From: Octopus sinensis | Taxonomy: Eukaryota | Direction: 5' to 3' | Assembly (NCBI RefSeq): GCF_006345805.1 | Contig: NC_043010.1 | Location: 63,178,001-63,242,000, forward strand | DNA length: 64,000 nt | Shown: piece after piece, positions 48,897 through 61,679 of the stretch | How the letters are laid out: every line of letters begins with the position of its first letter | Position numbering within the stretch: position 1 is the first letter of the stretch | The notes under the pieces: model-generated | Databases searched by the model: none | What the model was told of the DNA's origin: nothing | The model's input: only the letters and a program-made list of their open reading frames with translations | Made by a program: the position numbers and the translations under genes

Positions 48897-50477
48897 ATAA
48901 TAATAATAATAATAATAATAATGGTGGTGGTGGTGGTTTTGGTGGCGGCGAAGGTATTTTCGCTGACGTAGGTAAGTCACTTGTGCAGTCCCGCCAAGGG
49001 ATCGATAACGATCAAAGAAATTACGTATTCAGATACATCCTGGATTGCATTACCCGGTGTGTCCTATTTTCTAAGAGGGTAGGGCGTGTGATCTGCAGGG
49101 AATTCGGCTTCTATTTGTGGGGGGTCGAGTTCTACGTGGTGCCTTTCGTATCAACACTTGCACAGACCGGCAATCTTTCGTCTCTAGTAGACCTTTCCGT
49201 CGATTTCCGTAAAAAAAAAATTTTTTTTTACATATGGGCTTGCGGGAACTTTTGAAGTAATGAGAGCGAAAGAGACTAAGAGAAAGCGATTGTATGACGA
49301 GGGAAGACCTTACTGAGCAGACATATGATTCGGAGTATTCCAGTCGTGACCACCAACGTCCGTTTCGGATGCCAAGGACTACTTCCTCTAGTGTGTCTCC
49401 CCTTTTATAAACAAGGTAGTGTGTTAGTTATTTGAAGTAGATTTAGCTGTCTTTTCAAGCAGGTAACGCGACCACGTAGAGGCTTCTTCCTGGTTAGTTT
49501 TATGTAAGGAAGGTGTGTTACTCGTTTCTTCTACTACTTCTCTTTTTCTCTCTGTCTCTCTCTCTCCCCTTCAGTTACCCCTGCCTCTGCTGACACTACA
49601 ACCCTCCATAAAAGCTGGCCAGCGAGGCTCTCCCATACATTTTGGCGTGTGTTCCTAGACAGAGAGTTGCACAATTTTCAACCCAAACAAGAAATTTAAT
49701 GACAACCACCATCTGTCAGAATTAGTCCAAAATAGACAAGACACAATAAACAACGGACGAGATTACATATTCACAGTGTGTCTGCATGTATGTATATAAT
49801 GTTTCTTTTGAAAACACTCGCTCGTAGACATACCAGTGAGCGAGCGAGTGTGTATCTGGATATGTGTGTGTGTGTGTTTTCATGGAAACATTCCATTCAC
49901 TTATTTGCAATACCTTCTACATACATACACAGATATATATATGTACAGTTATCTATTCATTCATATACAAGCACAATAATATAGACAATACAAAATATTA
50001 TTTCTAAATTTGTATGTGTGTACATATATATATATATATATAAGGTGTATTCTGAGCATTTATAGAACACAGTATATATATATATATATATATATTACTG
50101 TATGATAAACTTGTGAATTAGAAAAACGGTTATATATATATACACACATACATATTATATACACAAATACATTTAAACGTATATGTGAGAGTTTAATGAA
50201 AACTATATATATATACACATATATATATATATATATACATGCACACAATCATTATAAAAAGTAACAAATAACATGGAGAAAGAAGCATAAAACGCACCAA
50301 GATATTTAACCATGTTGCCAGAGACCCAGACAATATATATACATATATATATAAATATATACATACATATATACACACACATATATATATATACCTAATC
50401 ACCAGCAGAATAGAGAAATGCAGAGAGCAATGGGGAGGGGACGACATATGTGTTTGATAGACAGAGTTTACACTTAC

Positions 50478-50710
50478 TTGGTGGACATCAATCAGTATTT
50501 ATTTATTCGGTTTCCCTCTCTTAATTACATCTAATGCTGGGTTGTTGTTCTTCTGAAAGTCTCGGATTTTTGTTTGGATTGTCTTTTGTTTTGCCTTGTT
50601 TGTTTGTTTTATGTGTGTCTTGAGAATTTTTACACTTTTAACGTTGGGTGGCCATTTTTAATGTTAAGACCGCACTAAATCGCGATAGACTCGCACTACT
50701 TTTTTGATAT
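50478..50710 (-). promoter_or_regulatory. Candidate distal first exon and TSS region of the ZNF gene
   Basis: Good donor CAA|GTAAGTG (GT at 50477-50476), YY1-like AAAATGGCC on the minus strand at about 50650-50658, palindromic ATCGCGAT at about 50679, unique CpG-containing sequence. Confidence 0.45.
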
Positions 50711-50903
50711 TGTAAACTGCTACCTACATTATATATATATACATACACACACACACACGCATATATATATATATATATATAAATATATTATATTATACAC
50801 AAATATAAATATATATATAATGCATGTATATATAAATCCACACTGACTGATATATATATACACATATATGTATATATAAATATTTACATGCAAATATAGA
50901 CAT

Positions 50904-50959
<56 letters not shown>

Positions 50960-51631
50960 ACATACATACATACATACATATATATATACATACACATATA
51001 AATATATTTTATACACAAATATAAATATATATAATACATGTATGTATATATATATATATAAATACACGCCGACTGATATATATATATATATACACACACA
51101 CATATATAAATACTTACACAGGATACGTACAAATATAGACATACGTACACACATACATACATATATACACATATACACACACACACACACACACATATAT
51201 GTGTGTGTGTGTAATTAAATTTTAAATGGGTTTTATTTTTTTAGATAATAATAATAAAAGTCAAAGACTTAAAAAAAACACGCTATGAAGTTTATTTCTG
51301 TGCTTCTCTTAATTTAAATTATTTTATTATTTATTACCACAATTTCTGATTTGATTGTTTTAAATTTAAATTAGATATATTTTTTATTTTTTCCAGTACG
51401 CGGATATTACGTGTAAAGCTGAAGAGAGAGAAATTAGGTCAGATTTGCTGTCAAGTCAGACTGGAAGAAGCAAAGTCAAAGATGGTTATTGATTCCACGA
51501 AGCTGGTCTTTTTGCGATGTCTTAATTTCTTTATAAATACATCGTCTCTTTTTCCTTCATTGTATGAAATAAAACTGAACCAAAGCTAACTTGTAGTGCT
51601 GTTGTTGTTATTTAAACTCATGTCCAATCCC

Positions 51632-52010
51632 TGGTGAAGCAGATTTTATGTATGATCAAAGTTAAATCCAACCATGACCGTCCTGTCGAGTATTGCATAT
51701 TTAGTGAGTGTTACCTTATTAGCTTGTCCTATATGTCCTTCCTTTTTTTTCAAGATGATAGTGTGATTTAAGGGAGAGTTAGCTGTTGTTTCTAGCGGTT
51801 CGATCTACCGCATAAATGTTCTGTTGGTGAAGCAAATTTATGTATGATCAAAGTTAAATCCAACCATGACCATCCTGTCGGGTATTGCATATTTAGTGTT
51901 ACCTTATTAGCTTGTCCTATCTGTCCTTCCTTTTTTCAAGATGATAGTGTGATTTAAGGGAGAGTTAGCTGTTGTTTCTAGCGGTTCGATCTACCGCGTA
52001 AATGTTCTGT
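51632..52010. repeat. Tandem duplication of about 190 bp of a dispersed repeat (family G)
   Basis: Units 51632-51824 and 51825-52010 are near-identical. Related diverged copies at about 49300-49495 and 52290-52710. Confidence 0.85.
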
Positions 52011-53689
52011 CGATGGTTCGTGTTGTTATCTACGCTGATAAACCTTACATTATCACCGTAGCACCTCCAATATTCGTTTCTCAATTTCCAGCTGTCAAAA
52101 CCTCAAAATTATAAAACCGGCAACACGGTTTCGATTCCCCGTTGAAGCTGATCACTTGATTCACTAACCTCAAAAAAAAAAAAATTCTCGCGTTTTTAAC
52201 ATTTTTTCCTCCCATTCTCCCTCTAACCCTACATTTCGATTGTCACAAAAGAGAGGAATTGTCAATATTATTGTTATGATGGTGGTGGAAGTGTTGTTTG
52301 CTTAACCCAAGATGAGTTCTGATTGGGCAGACTTATGATCAAAAGTATTCCAACCAACCATGACCATCGCATCTTTTTCGGGTGGGGGGAGGCTATTTAG
52401 TTCTATCTTATCCGATCTAACTCTTCTTTCTGTAATTCAGTCGGGGTCGATTTAAAAGGTTTGGCGACTATTTCTAGCAAGTCGAACGATCATACGTGGG
52501 CGCTTTCAGTGTCTCGTTGCTGTTGTCTAGCCCCATGTTAACCCTGTGCTAGCAGACATGGATCAAAGACATTCAAACCATGACTATCGCATCATTATTT
52601 TTTTTTCCATATTAGGGATTATAGGAACCAAAATGTTCCACCCTTTTTTTTTTAAGATGATAGATTGTAATTTGAGAATGATTTAGCTAGTTTATTTAGC
52701 AGTTCCTTTGTTGTCATCTGTGAAGGTAGTGACGGTGAAAGATGGGAGATGATGATGATGATGGTGGTGACGTTTTAAGGCATGGTTACATTGGACAGTT
52801 GCTCCGGGGACGCCTCACATCTCTGAAGGCCCGATTGTGATCTATAATGCTGCCAATAAATAAATACTATCGGGGCTAGCACATGGAACAATTGCTCAAC
52901 AGCCCAACGGGGTTAGTGGCCCGATTCTGATTTATGTATGCTGTGGTTTACTATCAATAAATAAATACTAAGGGGCCCTACACATTGATTTGCGGGAGTT
53001 CATAATGTTAAGACGACTCTGGTGGGGACGGCAGCGACATCTTATATTATTGACACCTATTTCAGCTACAAACCTACGAGGGAGTCTCACATTACCCAAT
53101 GAGCTTTTTTTATTTGCTTCATCTGAAAGAAGGGGCAATACCTATAGTCTTTACAGACCTTCCAAGACCGGTGAGACAGACGCCATTAACGTTTCGTTTA
53201 ATCTTCCAATTGCGAAATTAAATTTCGTGGATATTTGAGTAATGTTAAATATCTACCAAAGCTATATATTTAAAAAAAAAGGGGGCTTGTATTTTCTACA
53301 AATCACGTCTCCTCAAACTCAACCTGTCTCAACAAAAAACTGTTTCAAACCTGACGTTCTTCAACAAAAGATGGATTGGTATATAAAACTACTTTCTGCA
53401 GTTTAAACGTAATGAAATTTTGAGTGAATATATCTGATTACTGCGGTAAAAAGGGTTAAACAGTAGCGCGTGAAAAACGGCAGAAAAGACCTGGGACAAA
53501 ATTCCAGAGGATAGAATGGATGGTTATTGGTAAGTGTGAAGGCTGGTAGAGGATAGACAAAAAATGGGTGATGGGAAGAGGAGAGGTAATAGACTGAGGC
53601 ACAAGACCAGCTAGTTGTAAGGAACAGAAGCCATTGTAGTTTCAGTAATAAAAAAAAAAAGGGGGTAGTGAGAAGACAGCATGTTTGAG

Positions 53690-54260
53690 GGACAAAAACT
53701 AGAGCATGTCTGGGAGATACTTTATGTCAGTTGATCAAAAGCCTTTTTCTGAAAGGTGTCTAAGTTATCCAATGTGTACAGCAATACCTATTTCTTTACT
53801 ACCCACAAGGGGCTAAACACAGAGTGGACAAACAAGGACAGACACACGGATTAAGTCGATTACATCGACTCCAGTGCATAACTGGTACTTAATTTATCAA
53901 CCCCAAAAAGATGAAAGGCAAAGTCGACCTCGGCGGAATTTGAACTCAGAACATAACGGCAGACGAAATACCGCTAAACATTTCGACTGACATGCTAACG
54001 ACTCTGCCAGCTCGCCGCCTTGTGTATAGCAATACCACCACTACCATCATCCCAGATATGGAAGTAGTAATCCGTTGTGGGTTTCACATGAGCTATGTAG
54101 AGGGTCAGGAAGTGGTGGGAGCTGAGGTGTTTTCTGGGCCCTGAAGAGAGGGCCTAATTTTTGGGATGTGGCTTTAGAATGTATGTCTACCATGGGAGAT
54201 CCTTAGTGATAGTGAATCCATTAAGATTTGGAGCATTTTAAGGGATCCAGATACCCTTCA
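53690..54260 (-). mobile_element. CR1/Jockey-like LINE RT C-terminal remnant interrupted by a family A SINE
   Basis: Minus strand LFRA/RKHLSSHHFLTLYIAHVKPTTDYYFHIWD. The SINE at 53789-54020 has a 16-bp TSD tgtgta(c/t)agcaatacc. Confidence 0.65.
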
Positions 54261-54530
54261 TCATTAAAGGGATGTGATGCAACAAGTTTTCCATGAGATT
54301 AAATATAAAACTGGTCACCCATGCTTACAGGTAAGTTGTTCATGGCCCATGTCAGCACCACATAACAAGCACTCATGCTGGGGTCACATGACGGGCACTC
54401 ATGTTGGCACCATGTAAAAACCACTTGTGTCAGCGTCACAAAAGAGACACTCATACAGGTGTCATGTTAGAAGTACAGATGCTGGTGTCACATAAAAAGC
54501 ACCCAGTACACTCTGCAAAGCGGTTGGCAT

Positions 54531-54979
54531 TAACCGGCTCTAGATCTGAGTTCAAATGTCATGTTTTCATAAGTTTTGAATTAAAATCTTCCACCAAACC
54601 TTAGTCACAATTTATGTTCCTAACACTAGCTTAATGATAACCAAGTTATTCTACTAAATTCTTTGTTATATTTAAAATAATTGAAAGAAACACAGAGCGT
54701 CTCAACAGAAATATGGTAACAAAAGGGTTAAAATATATAATAGAGAAGCAATTCTTAACCCTTTTGATAACAACCTGGCTGAAACCAACTCTGGCTCTGA
54801 GTACAAATGTCTTGTTTTCATAAGTTTTAAATTAAAATCTTCCACCAAACCTTAGTCACAATTAATGTTCCTAACTATAGCTGAATGATAACCAAGTTAT
54901 TTTACTAAATTCTTTGTTATATTTAAATTAATTGAAAGAAACACAGAGCGTCTCAACAGGAAAAATGATAACAAAAGGG
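54531..54979. mobile_element. Two adjacent piggyBac-like MITE copies
   Basis: Second copy is TTAA-cccttttgataac...gataacaaaaggg-ATAA (54759-54979). First copy ends ggtaacaaaaggg-TTAA at 54727. Confidence 0.75.
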
Positions 54980-55342
54980 ATAAGTAACAGGGATCACAAC
55001 ATTCTCCCAGAAGAGGATGCTACTCAGTTGGAGGACTTAGGACCAGTAGTTTTGAATGGAGGGGATAAGTCAATTACATTGGCTCCCAGTACTTTGTTTT
55101 ATAGACCCTGAAGGGAAGAAAGGCAAAGTTGACCTTGGCAGGAGTTTTGAAATCAGACAGTAAAAAGCCAAGAGAAATTCCACTTAAAATATTGTCTGAT
55201 GAGTTAAATTCTGTCAGCTCTCTACTTTAACCCTTTGAGCCCCGACCTCCTGGACTTTATTTGACCACATACCTGGCTTCCTGATGCACTTCACTGGCAT
55301 GATATGATGATGATGATGATATATATATATATATATATATAT

Positions 55343-55552
55343 ATCATCATTATCATCATCGTTTAACATCCGCTTTCCATGCTGGCATGGGTTGGACGAT
55401 TTTGACTGAGGGCTGGCGAACCAGATGGTTGCACCAGTCTCCAATCTTGATTTGGCAGAGTTTCTACAGCTGGATGCCCTTCCTAATGCCAACCACTCCG
55501 AGAGTGTAGTGGGTGCTTTTTACGTGCCACCGGCACGGGAGCCAGTCAGGCA
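55343..55552 (-). mobile_element. SINE/retroposon family D
   Basis: (GAT)n tail and conserved body. Confidence 0.8.
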
Positions 55553-55701
55553 GGTACAGATATTGCATATTGAGAATAACAAGGTAGTCAGAATGTTGGA
55601 TGGTTATATATATTTTCATTTACATTTTTAGCGCTTTCTTCTGTTACAGGATTTATCAAAAAATGGTTTATAGTCAGTTTGCTTTGCCTTTTTATATAAA
55701 A

Positions 55702-56098
55702 CTAGCAGTATCGCCCGGCGTTGCTCGGGTTTGTAAGGGAAATAACTATATAAGCATTTTTAGAGAGTTATAGCCAAAAAATAGCAAAAAAATGCATTAA
55801 AAATGGAAAAAAAATGATGGTAAATTTTTTTTTAAATCGTTGACTCATCGTAGACATTTTTAGAGAGTTACTTCCCTTATATAATAGCAAAAAAATGCAT
55901 TAAATGGGAAAAAATGATGGTAAATTTTTTTTTAAATCATAGACTCATCGTAGATGCGCGCTAATACCCAGAAGGGCTCGATATGAATCACGACTATAAG
56001 ATACCCGCTTTTGGTTAAACTGCACCGCAAAATGTGGAAGTAGTTAGGAATCTAAATCGTAGGAGACAGACACACAACTTCACTTTTATATATAAAGA
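55702..56098 (-). mobile_element. Non-autonomous Helitron, copy 2
   Basis: Reverse complement of 28276-28651, with TC/CTAG ends and an A|T target. Confidence 0.88.
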
Positions 56099-56465
56099 TT
56101 TTGCCCAGCATGCTAATGATTCTGCCAACTCACTGCCTTTAGGCTCAACAAAAATTAAAGAATAGAAAGATCTACTAGCATATCTTCTTCCACCATCTCA
56201 TTTTTTTTTCGTTGGGGGGTGGGTTCCATTGTAATCTAAAGTTAAGAAAATCTGAACAATGTTGTTGTTTGGCTTTATGAACCTTTACATTCTGAGTTCA
56301 AATCCAGCTGAGGCAAAGTTAGTTTTACCTTTCATTCTTCTCTCATGTAATGGTCAAGGGTTGATTTAATGGACAGCTCATCTCCCCTAATTTTTGTGAC
56401 AAAGTACCCATGTCAGAAATCAGTGTTAACGTTGATGCTGAGGTTCTATGTAACCTTGTGTCTCT

Positions 56466-57017
56466 TTACATTATTTACATTTGATGGATATTTGTACTCA
56501 TCTTGTTTATTGTTAACACAACATTTCAGCTGATATACCCTCCAGTCTTCATCAGGTCTCTTGGGTAAATTTCAAACCTGGGTTCTCATTCCTAAGGTAT
56601 TTTTTGATGTTGTTGTTGTTGTTATTGTTATTATTATTATCATTTATTATTATTATTCAGGTCACTGCCTGGAATTGGACTTGGAATCTTGGGGTTAGTA
56701 GCCCGCTCTCTTAACCACTATGCCATATGCCCATGCCATAGTGGTTATGAGTGCGGACTGCTAACCCCAAGATTCCAAGCAGTGGCCTGAACACTAACAA
56801 TAATAATAATAATACTAATAGTAATAATAATAATAATATCATTGAAAAATACTTTTGGAATGAGAACCCAGTTTCCAAATTTCCCCAAGACACCTGATGA
56901 AGGCTGGGGGGTATATCAGCCAAAATGTTGTGTTAACAACAAACAAGATGAGGACAAATATCCATAAAATGTAAATAATGTAAATAATGTACATAATTCC
57001 TCATCTCTTAAATATAG
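56466..57017. mobile_element. Head-to-head inverted pair of tRNA-headed hammerhead-bearing elements
   Basis: Minus copy about 56466-56732 and plus copy about 56733-57017. A-box TGGCATAGTGG; hammerhead folds at 56515-56560 (-) and 56889-56934 (+). Confidence 0.8.
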
Positions 57018-57444
57018 AACTTGTGTCTCTTTAAGAGAACTGTTGACCACAGAGACATTATAGAGGAATGACAACCCACCTGTGTGTTTAGGAATGTGTG
57101 ACCACAATCTACTGCTGTTGACTTTTATTAAAATAATTCAAATATGTCACTGACTGACTTCAGATGGAATGGTCACAACAGGATCCTTCATCCTCTTCTG
57201 GATCTGGACCAACCTGGGGTTAAACAACAACACTGAATTTGAACAATGTAGTCCTAGATACACTGACATCAGATGGGATGCTCATGGCTGGAACACCTTT
57301 GATCATAAATCTCCCGGATCAAGAAGTCTGGCCTGAGATCAAACCACCATAACGACAACATAAACAGCAACCTTAATAATGACCATACTGGCGATTTTCA
57401 AACCCACTTTCACAGTCAAGGTCCAGTGGTTTAAAGTTAACTAT

Positions 57445-57990
57445 CCTTTTCTACTCTAAGCACAAGACCCGAAATTTTGGGGAAGGGGGCCAGTCCATTA
57501 AATCGACCTCAGTACACAATTGGTTCCTAATTCATCAACCCCGAAAAGGATGAAAGGCAAAGTTGACCTCGGCAGAATTTGAACTAAATGTTTATTTCTT
57601 TATTGGCTACAGGGGGCTAAACATAGAGGGGACAATCAAGGACAGAGAAAGGGATTAAGTCGATTAAATTGACCCCAGTGCATAACTGGTACTTATTTAA
57701 TTGATCCTGAAAGGATGAAAGGCAAAGCGAACCTCGACGGAATTTGAGGTCAAATATTTATTTCTTTATTGTCCACAGGGGGCTAAACATAGAGGAGACA
57801 AACAAGGACGGATGAAGGGATTAAGTCGATTACATTGACCCCAGTGCATAACTGGTACTTATTTAATCGACCCCGAAAGGATAAAAGGCAAAGCTAACCT
57901 TGGCGGAATTTGAACTCAGAACATAAAGTCAGATGAAATATCACTAAGCATTTCGTCCAGTGTGCTACCGATTCTGCCAGCTTGCCACCC
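57445..57990 (-). mobile_element. Three tandem/nested family A SINE segments
   Basis: Core repeated three times; the first two break near ggaatttga. Confidence 0.8.
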
Positions 57991-58304
57991 TTTTAAAGTT
58001 AAATATCATCACCATTCATCGAACAGTCAGCCATTAAACTGGAACTTGACATTTATGTTGCAACAAGGTCAACAACAGTAAAGTTTTTTGCTCTTTATAT
58101 GAAACGGATAATAATGTTTGGAGAAATTTGAGACAGGTATCGTTTTTTAATATGAATGACTAAAGGTCTGTATTTCTTAATGGAAAATTTAGTGATAACA
58201 AAAGATGACGGCTGAACAGTTTTGATGAAAATGAAGACACAAATAAAAGAGAGAATGGTGAAGAAAAGATGTGTTTCCATTAATCAGTGTTGGTACAAAA
58301 TGAT

Positions 58305-58724
58305 ACTCTCTTTACTCTTTTACTCTTTTACTTGTTTCAGTCATTTGACTGCGGCCATGCTGGAGCACCGCCTTTAGTCGAGCAAATCGACCCCGGGACT
58401 TATTCTTTGTAAGCCCAGTATTTATTCTATCGGTCTCTTTTGCCGAACTGCTAAGTGATGGGGACGTAAACACACCAGCATTGGTTGTCAAGCAATGCTA
58501 GGGGGACAAACACAGACACACAAACATATACACACACACTTATATATATATATACATATATACGACAGGCTTCTTTCAGTTTCCGTCTACCAAATCCACT
58601 CACAAGGCATTGGTCGGCCCGGAGCTATAGCAGAAGACACTTGCCCAAGATGCCACGCAGTGGGATTGAACCCGGAACCATGTGGTTGGTTAGCAAGCTA
58701 CTTACCATACAGCCACTCCTGTGC
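58305..58724 (-). mobile_element. SINE family B, full length
   Basis: Homologous to 13842-14237. Confidence 0.88.
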
Positions 58725-58916
58725 CTATATATACCATTAAGCATTTCACCCGGCACCCTAACATTTCTGCCAACTTGCTGTAATATCTGGAGTTTCTTGT
58801 AAAATTGAACCTTTTCCATCCAAACTTATAAAGCAAAACAAAAGCAAATATGAAATAGTTATTGGAAAGTAACTTATCTTCATCTAAGTCTGTCTCACTA
58901 ACAATTTATGAAGATA

Positions 58917-59304
58917 CTAGCAGTATCGCCTGGCGTTGCTCGGGTTTGTAAGAGAAATAACTATATAAGCATTTTTAGAGAGTTATAGCCAAAAAATAGC
59001 AAAAAAATGCATTAAAAATGGAAAAAAAATGATGGTAAATTTTTTTTTAAATCGTTGACTCATCGTAGGCATTTTCAGAGAGTTACTTCCCTTATATAAT
59101 AGCGAAAAAAATGCATTAAAATGGAAAAAAATTATGGTAAATTTTTTTTTAAATCGTAGACGTGCACTAATACCCAGAAGGGCTCGATATGAATCACGAC
59201 TATAAGATACCCGGTTTTGGTTAAACTGCACCGCAAAATGTGGGAGTAGTTAGGAATCTAAATCGTAGGAGACAGACACACAACTTCACTTTTATATATA
59301 AAGA
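58917..59304 (-). mobile_element. Non-autonomous Helitron, copy 3
   Basis: Same family; CTAG at 58917-58920, TC end at 59304, A|T target. Confidence 0.88.
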
Positions 59305-59742
59305 TATATGTCTGTCTATCGATACACAGACTAGCTATGCATTTATCTATATTTATTGCTCTTTTTTCATCTCTCTCTGTGTTTATGTGTGTGTGTGTGT
59401 ATGAAGTATATATATTTGGATTTGGATTTCTTTGTAGATTAGTAAATAAATCCGTCTGTTTATATATCTATACATCTGTCTATGTCAGTCTGTCTCTCTC
59501 TCTATCTATCTATGTAGATTTTTTAATCAATATTTTGTAGAAGCAACAGAGTGACTCGAGAGTCAAGACTTTCATATAGTAACACTTATCAAACTTTTAG
59601 AGGAGTGCTAACACTTGAAACTTCCAGTCTTTGAGTCACTCTCTTGATTCCACTAAATATCAATATCAATATCAATATATATATATATTTATACACTCAT
59701 GTTTTGAGTTCTATTTTTCCTGTTTGCATCACCAAACCTTTG

Positions 59743-59804
<62 letters not shown>

Positions 59805-59889
59805 AATCTATCTACCTACCTACCTATCTATCTATCTGTCTGTCTGTCTATCTGTCTATCTATTTAAAGCATTCTATAGAGGATTAGTG

Positions 59890-60632
59890 AAGGGGCAATA
59901 CAACGATGATCTTGGGACAAAGCGATGAAACCGTCCTGCACGCACTCGTACAATGTCCAACCATTTCCAACCTGCGGGCCTATGTTGAACAACTGCTATT
60001 GCGTGTGGGATGAGTCAGTTTATCAGCCGAGTCTATCGTGAATATTGTTGTGCCTCCTTCTTTGAAACAGGAAGGAAGCGCCACTTTCATCGTACTTGTG
60101 GCCATGGCGAAAGAATGTGTATGGTGGACGCGTCTGAAAGGTCTAGAGACAAACACTTTCCTCTCTGGTCAATCTCTCATCAGCTTCTTCAAATATCACT
60201 TGAAGAGGAAGGTGAGGGTGGAGAGAGAAGTTTTGGCAAGTGAATGTTTCAAAAAATGACGGGTGAATGCAGCAAGGATGGCATGCATGAATGAAGGAGC
60301 CATCTTGAGCATGGTCCTATGGACCAAAAAAAAAAGAAAGGGAAAAAGAGAGTCGCTTACTGTAATGTGCTTTTTTTTTGCATGACATTATTGCCCACAG
60401 TTACTGTGGTCTTTTCCATAGGCTTTTCTTTCCACGGATAAACCTAATCTGATTTCCCTCTTTACATTGACATTTCTGTGATACATGCTCCCTATTGATC
60501 AGCTTTTTTTTTTCCACAATCCCTTGTGATCGAAATTCAACCCACTTTTTTTTTCTCTTTTTCTCCCCACCCCCAAGCTCTACTTTGTATTTTGTCCCCT
60601 CTGTGTTCAGCCCTGTGTGACCAATAAAGAAA
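59890..60632 (+). mobile_element. Tx1/L1-clade LINE 3' end
   Basis: [14 protein letters not shown] (zinc-knuckle ETxxHxxxxC) ...MAKECVWWTR...FFKYHLKRKVRVER with stops; 3' UTR ending aataaagaaa; flanked by (CTAT)n. Confidence 0.75.
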
Positions 60633-60970
60633 CATATCTATCTATCTGTCTGTCAATCTATCAATCTGTACAATAAGCATCATGTGTCTTCCTAATCCAC
60701 ATAACTGATGACCATACTGCAAGTGGTCATTTGGCTTATTGTCCAATCATATTCTCCTTCAGATTCTGACCCTACTAACTTAAAATTGGTTAAATCATCA
60801 CCATCATCAACATTGATTTAATGTCTATTTTCCCATGTTTGCATGGGACAGATAGAATTTGCAGAGGCAGAGTTCTTATGGTTGGATGCACTTCTTGTTG
60901 CCAACCCTCACTTATTTCTAAGCAAGGTACTATTTTCCCATGGCCAGACATTTTCACATCATAAGCAGAA

Positions 60971-61286
60971 AGTGTAACCTCTTGAAAGAGCTGTTCTTCA
61001 CTCCTGCTCCAGAACGTTGGCCGCGGGGTCACTCCAAAAAGCTCTATCTGCGACGATTTCATCTCAATCGAAGGAGAGGGGTTTTCTTCGTCCGGGTTGA
61101 GGATCCATGGAATAAACTGCCAGATGAGATAGTGAAGATGCCGACGACCGCTCGGTTCAAAGTCTCTTTTGACAACAAATGGCCTGAACTCTTTGCATGA
61201 AAACTACCCCGTACATAACTCCATGTCCCCCTAGATGGCCTTGCTTTTTGCTTTTTGAGCCAAAAAATTAACTTAACTTAACTTAA
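60971..61286 (+). mobile_element. CR1-clade LINE 3' end
   Basis: RGHSKKL...RRGVFFVRVEDPWNKLPDEIV...FK..FD* (stop 61200), (ACTTA)n tail, and possible TSD CAGAA. Confidence 0.8.
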
Positions 61287-61679
61287 CAGAAGAGTAGAAG
61301 TAAACAAAACTGTTTGCATGATGGTGATCGGAATCATCAAATTGTAAACAAGGACAACATCAAATCAGAGAGATGCAGACATACACACATATGCATAGGT
61401 ACACACATACACATACATACACACACACACACACACACATACACACGTGTGTGTGTGTGTACATATGCACAACTTACAAACAGGCTTCTTAATTCTTAAG
61501 CCTGATACTTATTCTATCAGTCTCTTTTGCTGAACTGCTAAGTTACAGGAATCTAAACACATCAGCACTGGTTGTGTGGTTTAGCCAGCCTGTGGAAACT
61601 GTTGCTCAAGATGTGACTGCTGTTGCATGCAGACAGATTCAAGGAGCCACAGGTGAAAGCTGGGTGTCAGGTGTTTCTG

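Noticed and set aside
48737-49255. 172-aa ORF
   Set aside because: Runs through a family A SINE, (AAT)n/(GGT)n tracts and another repeat; no domain.
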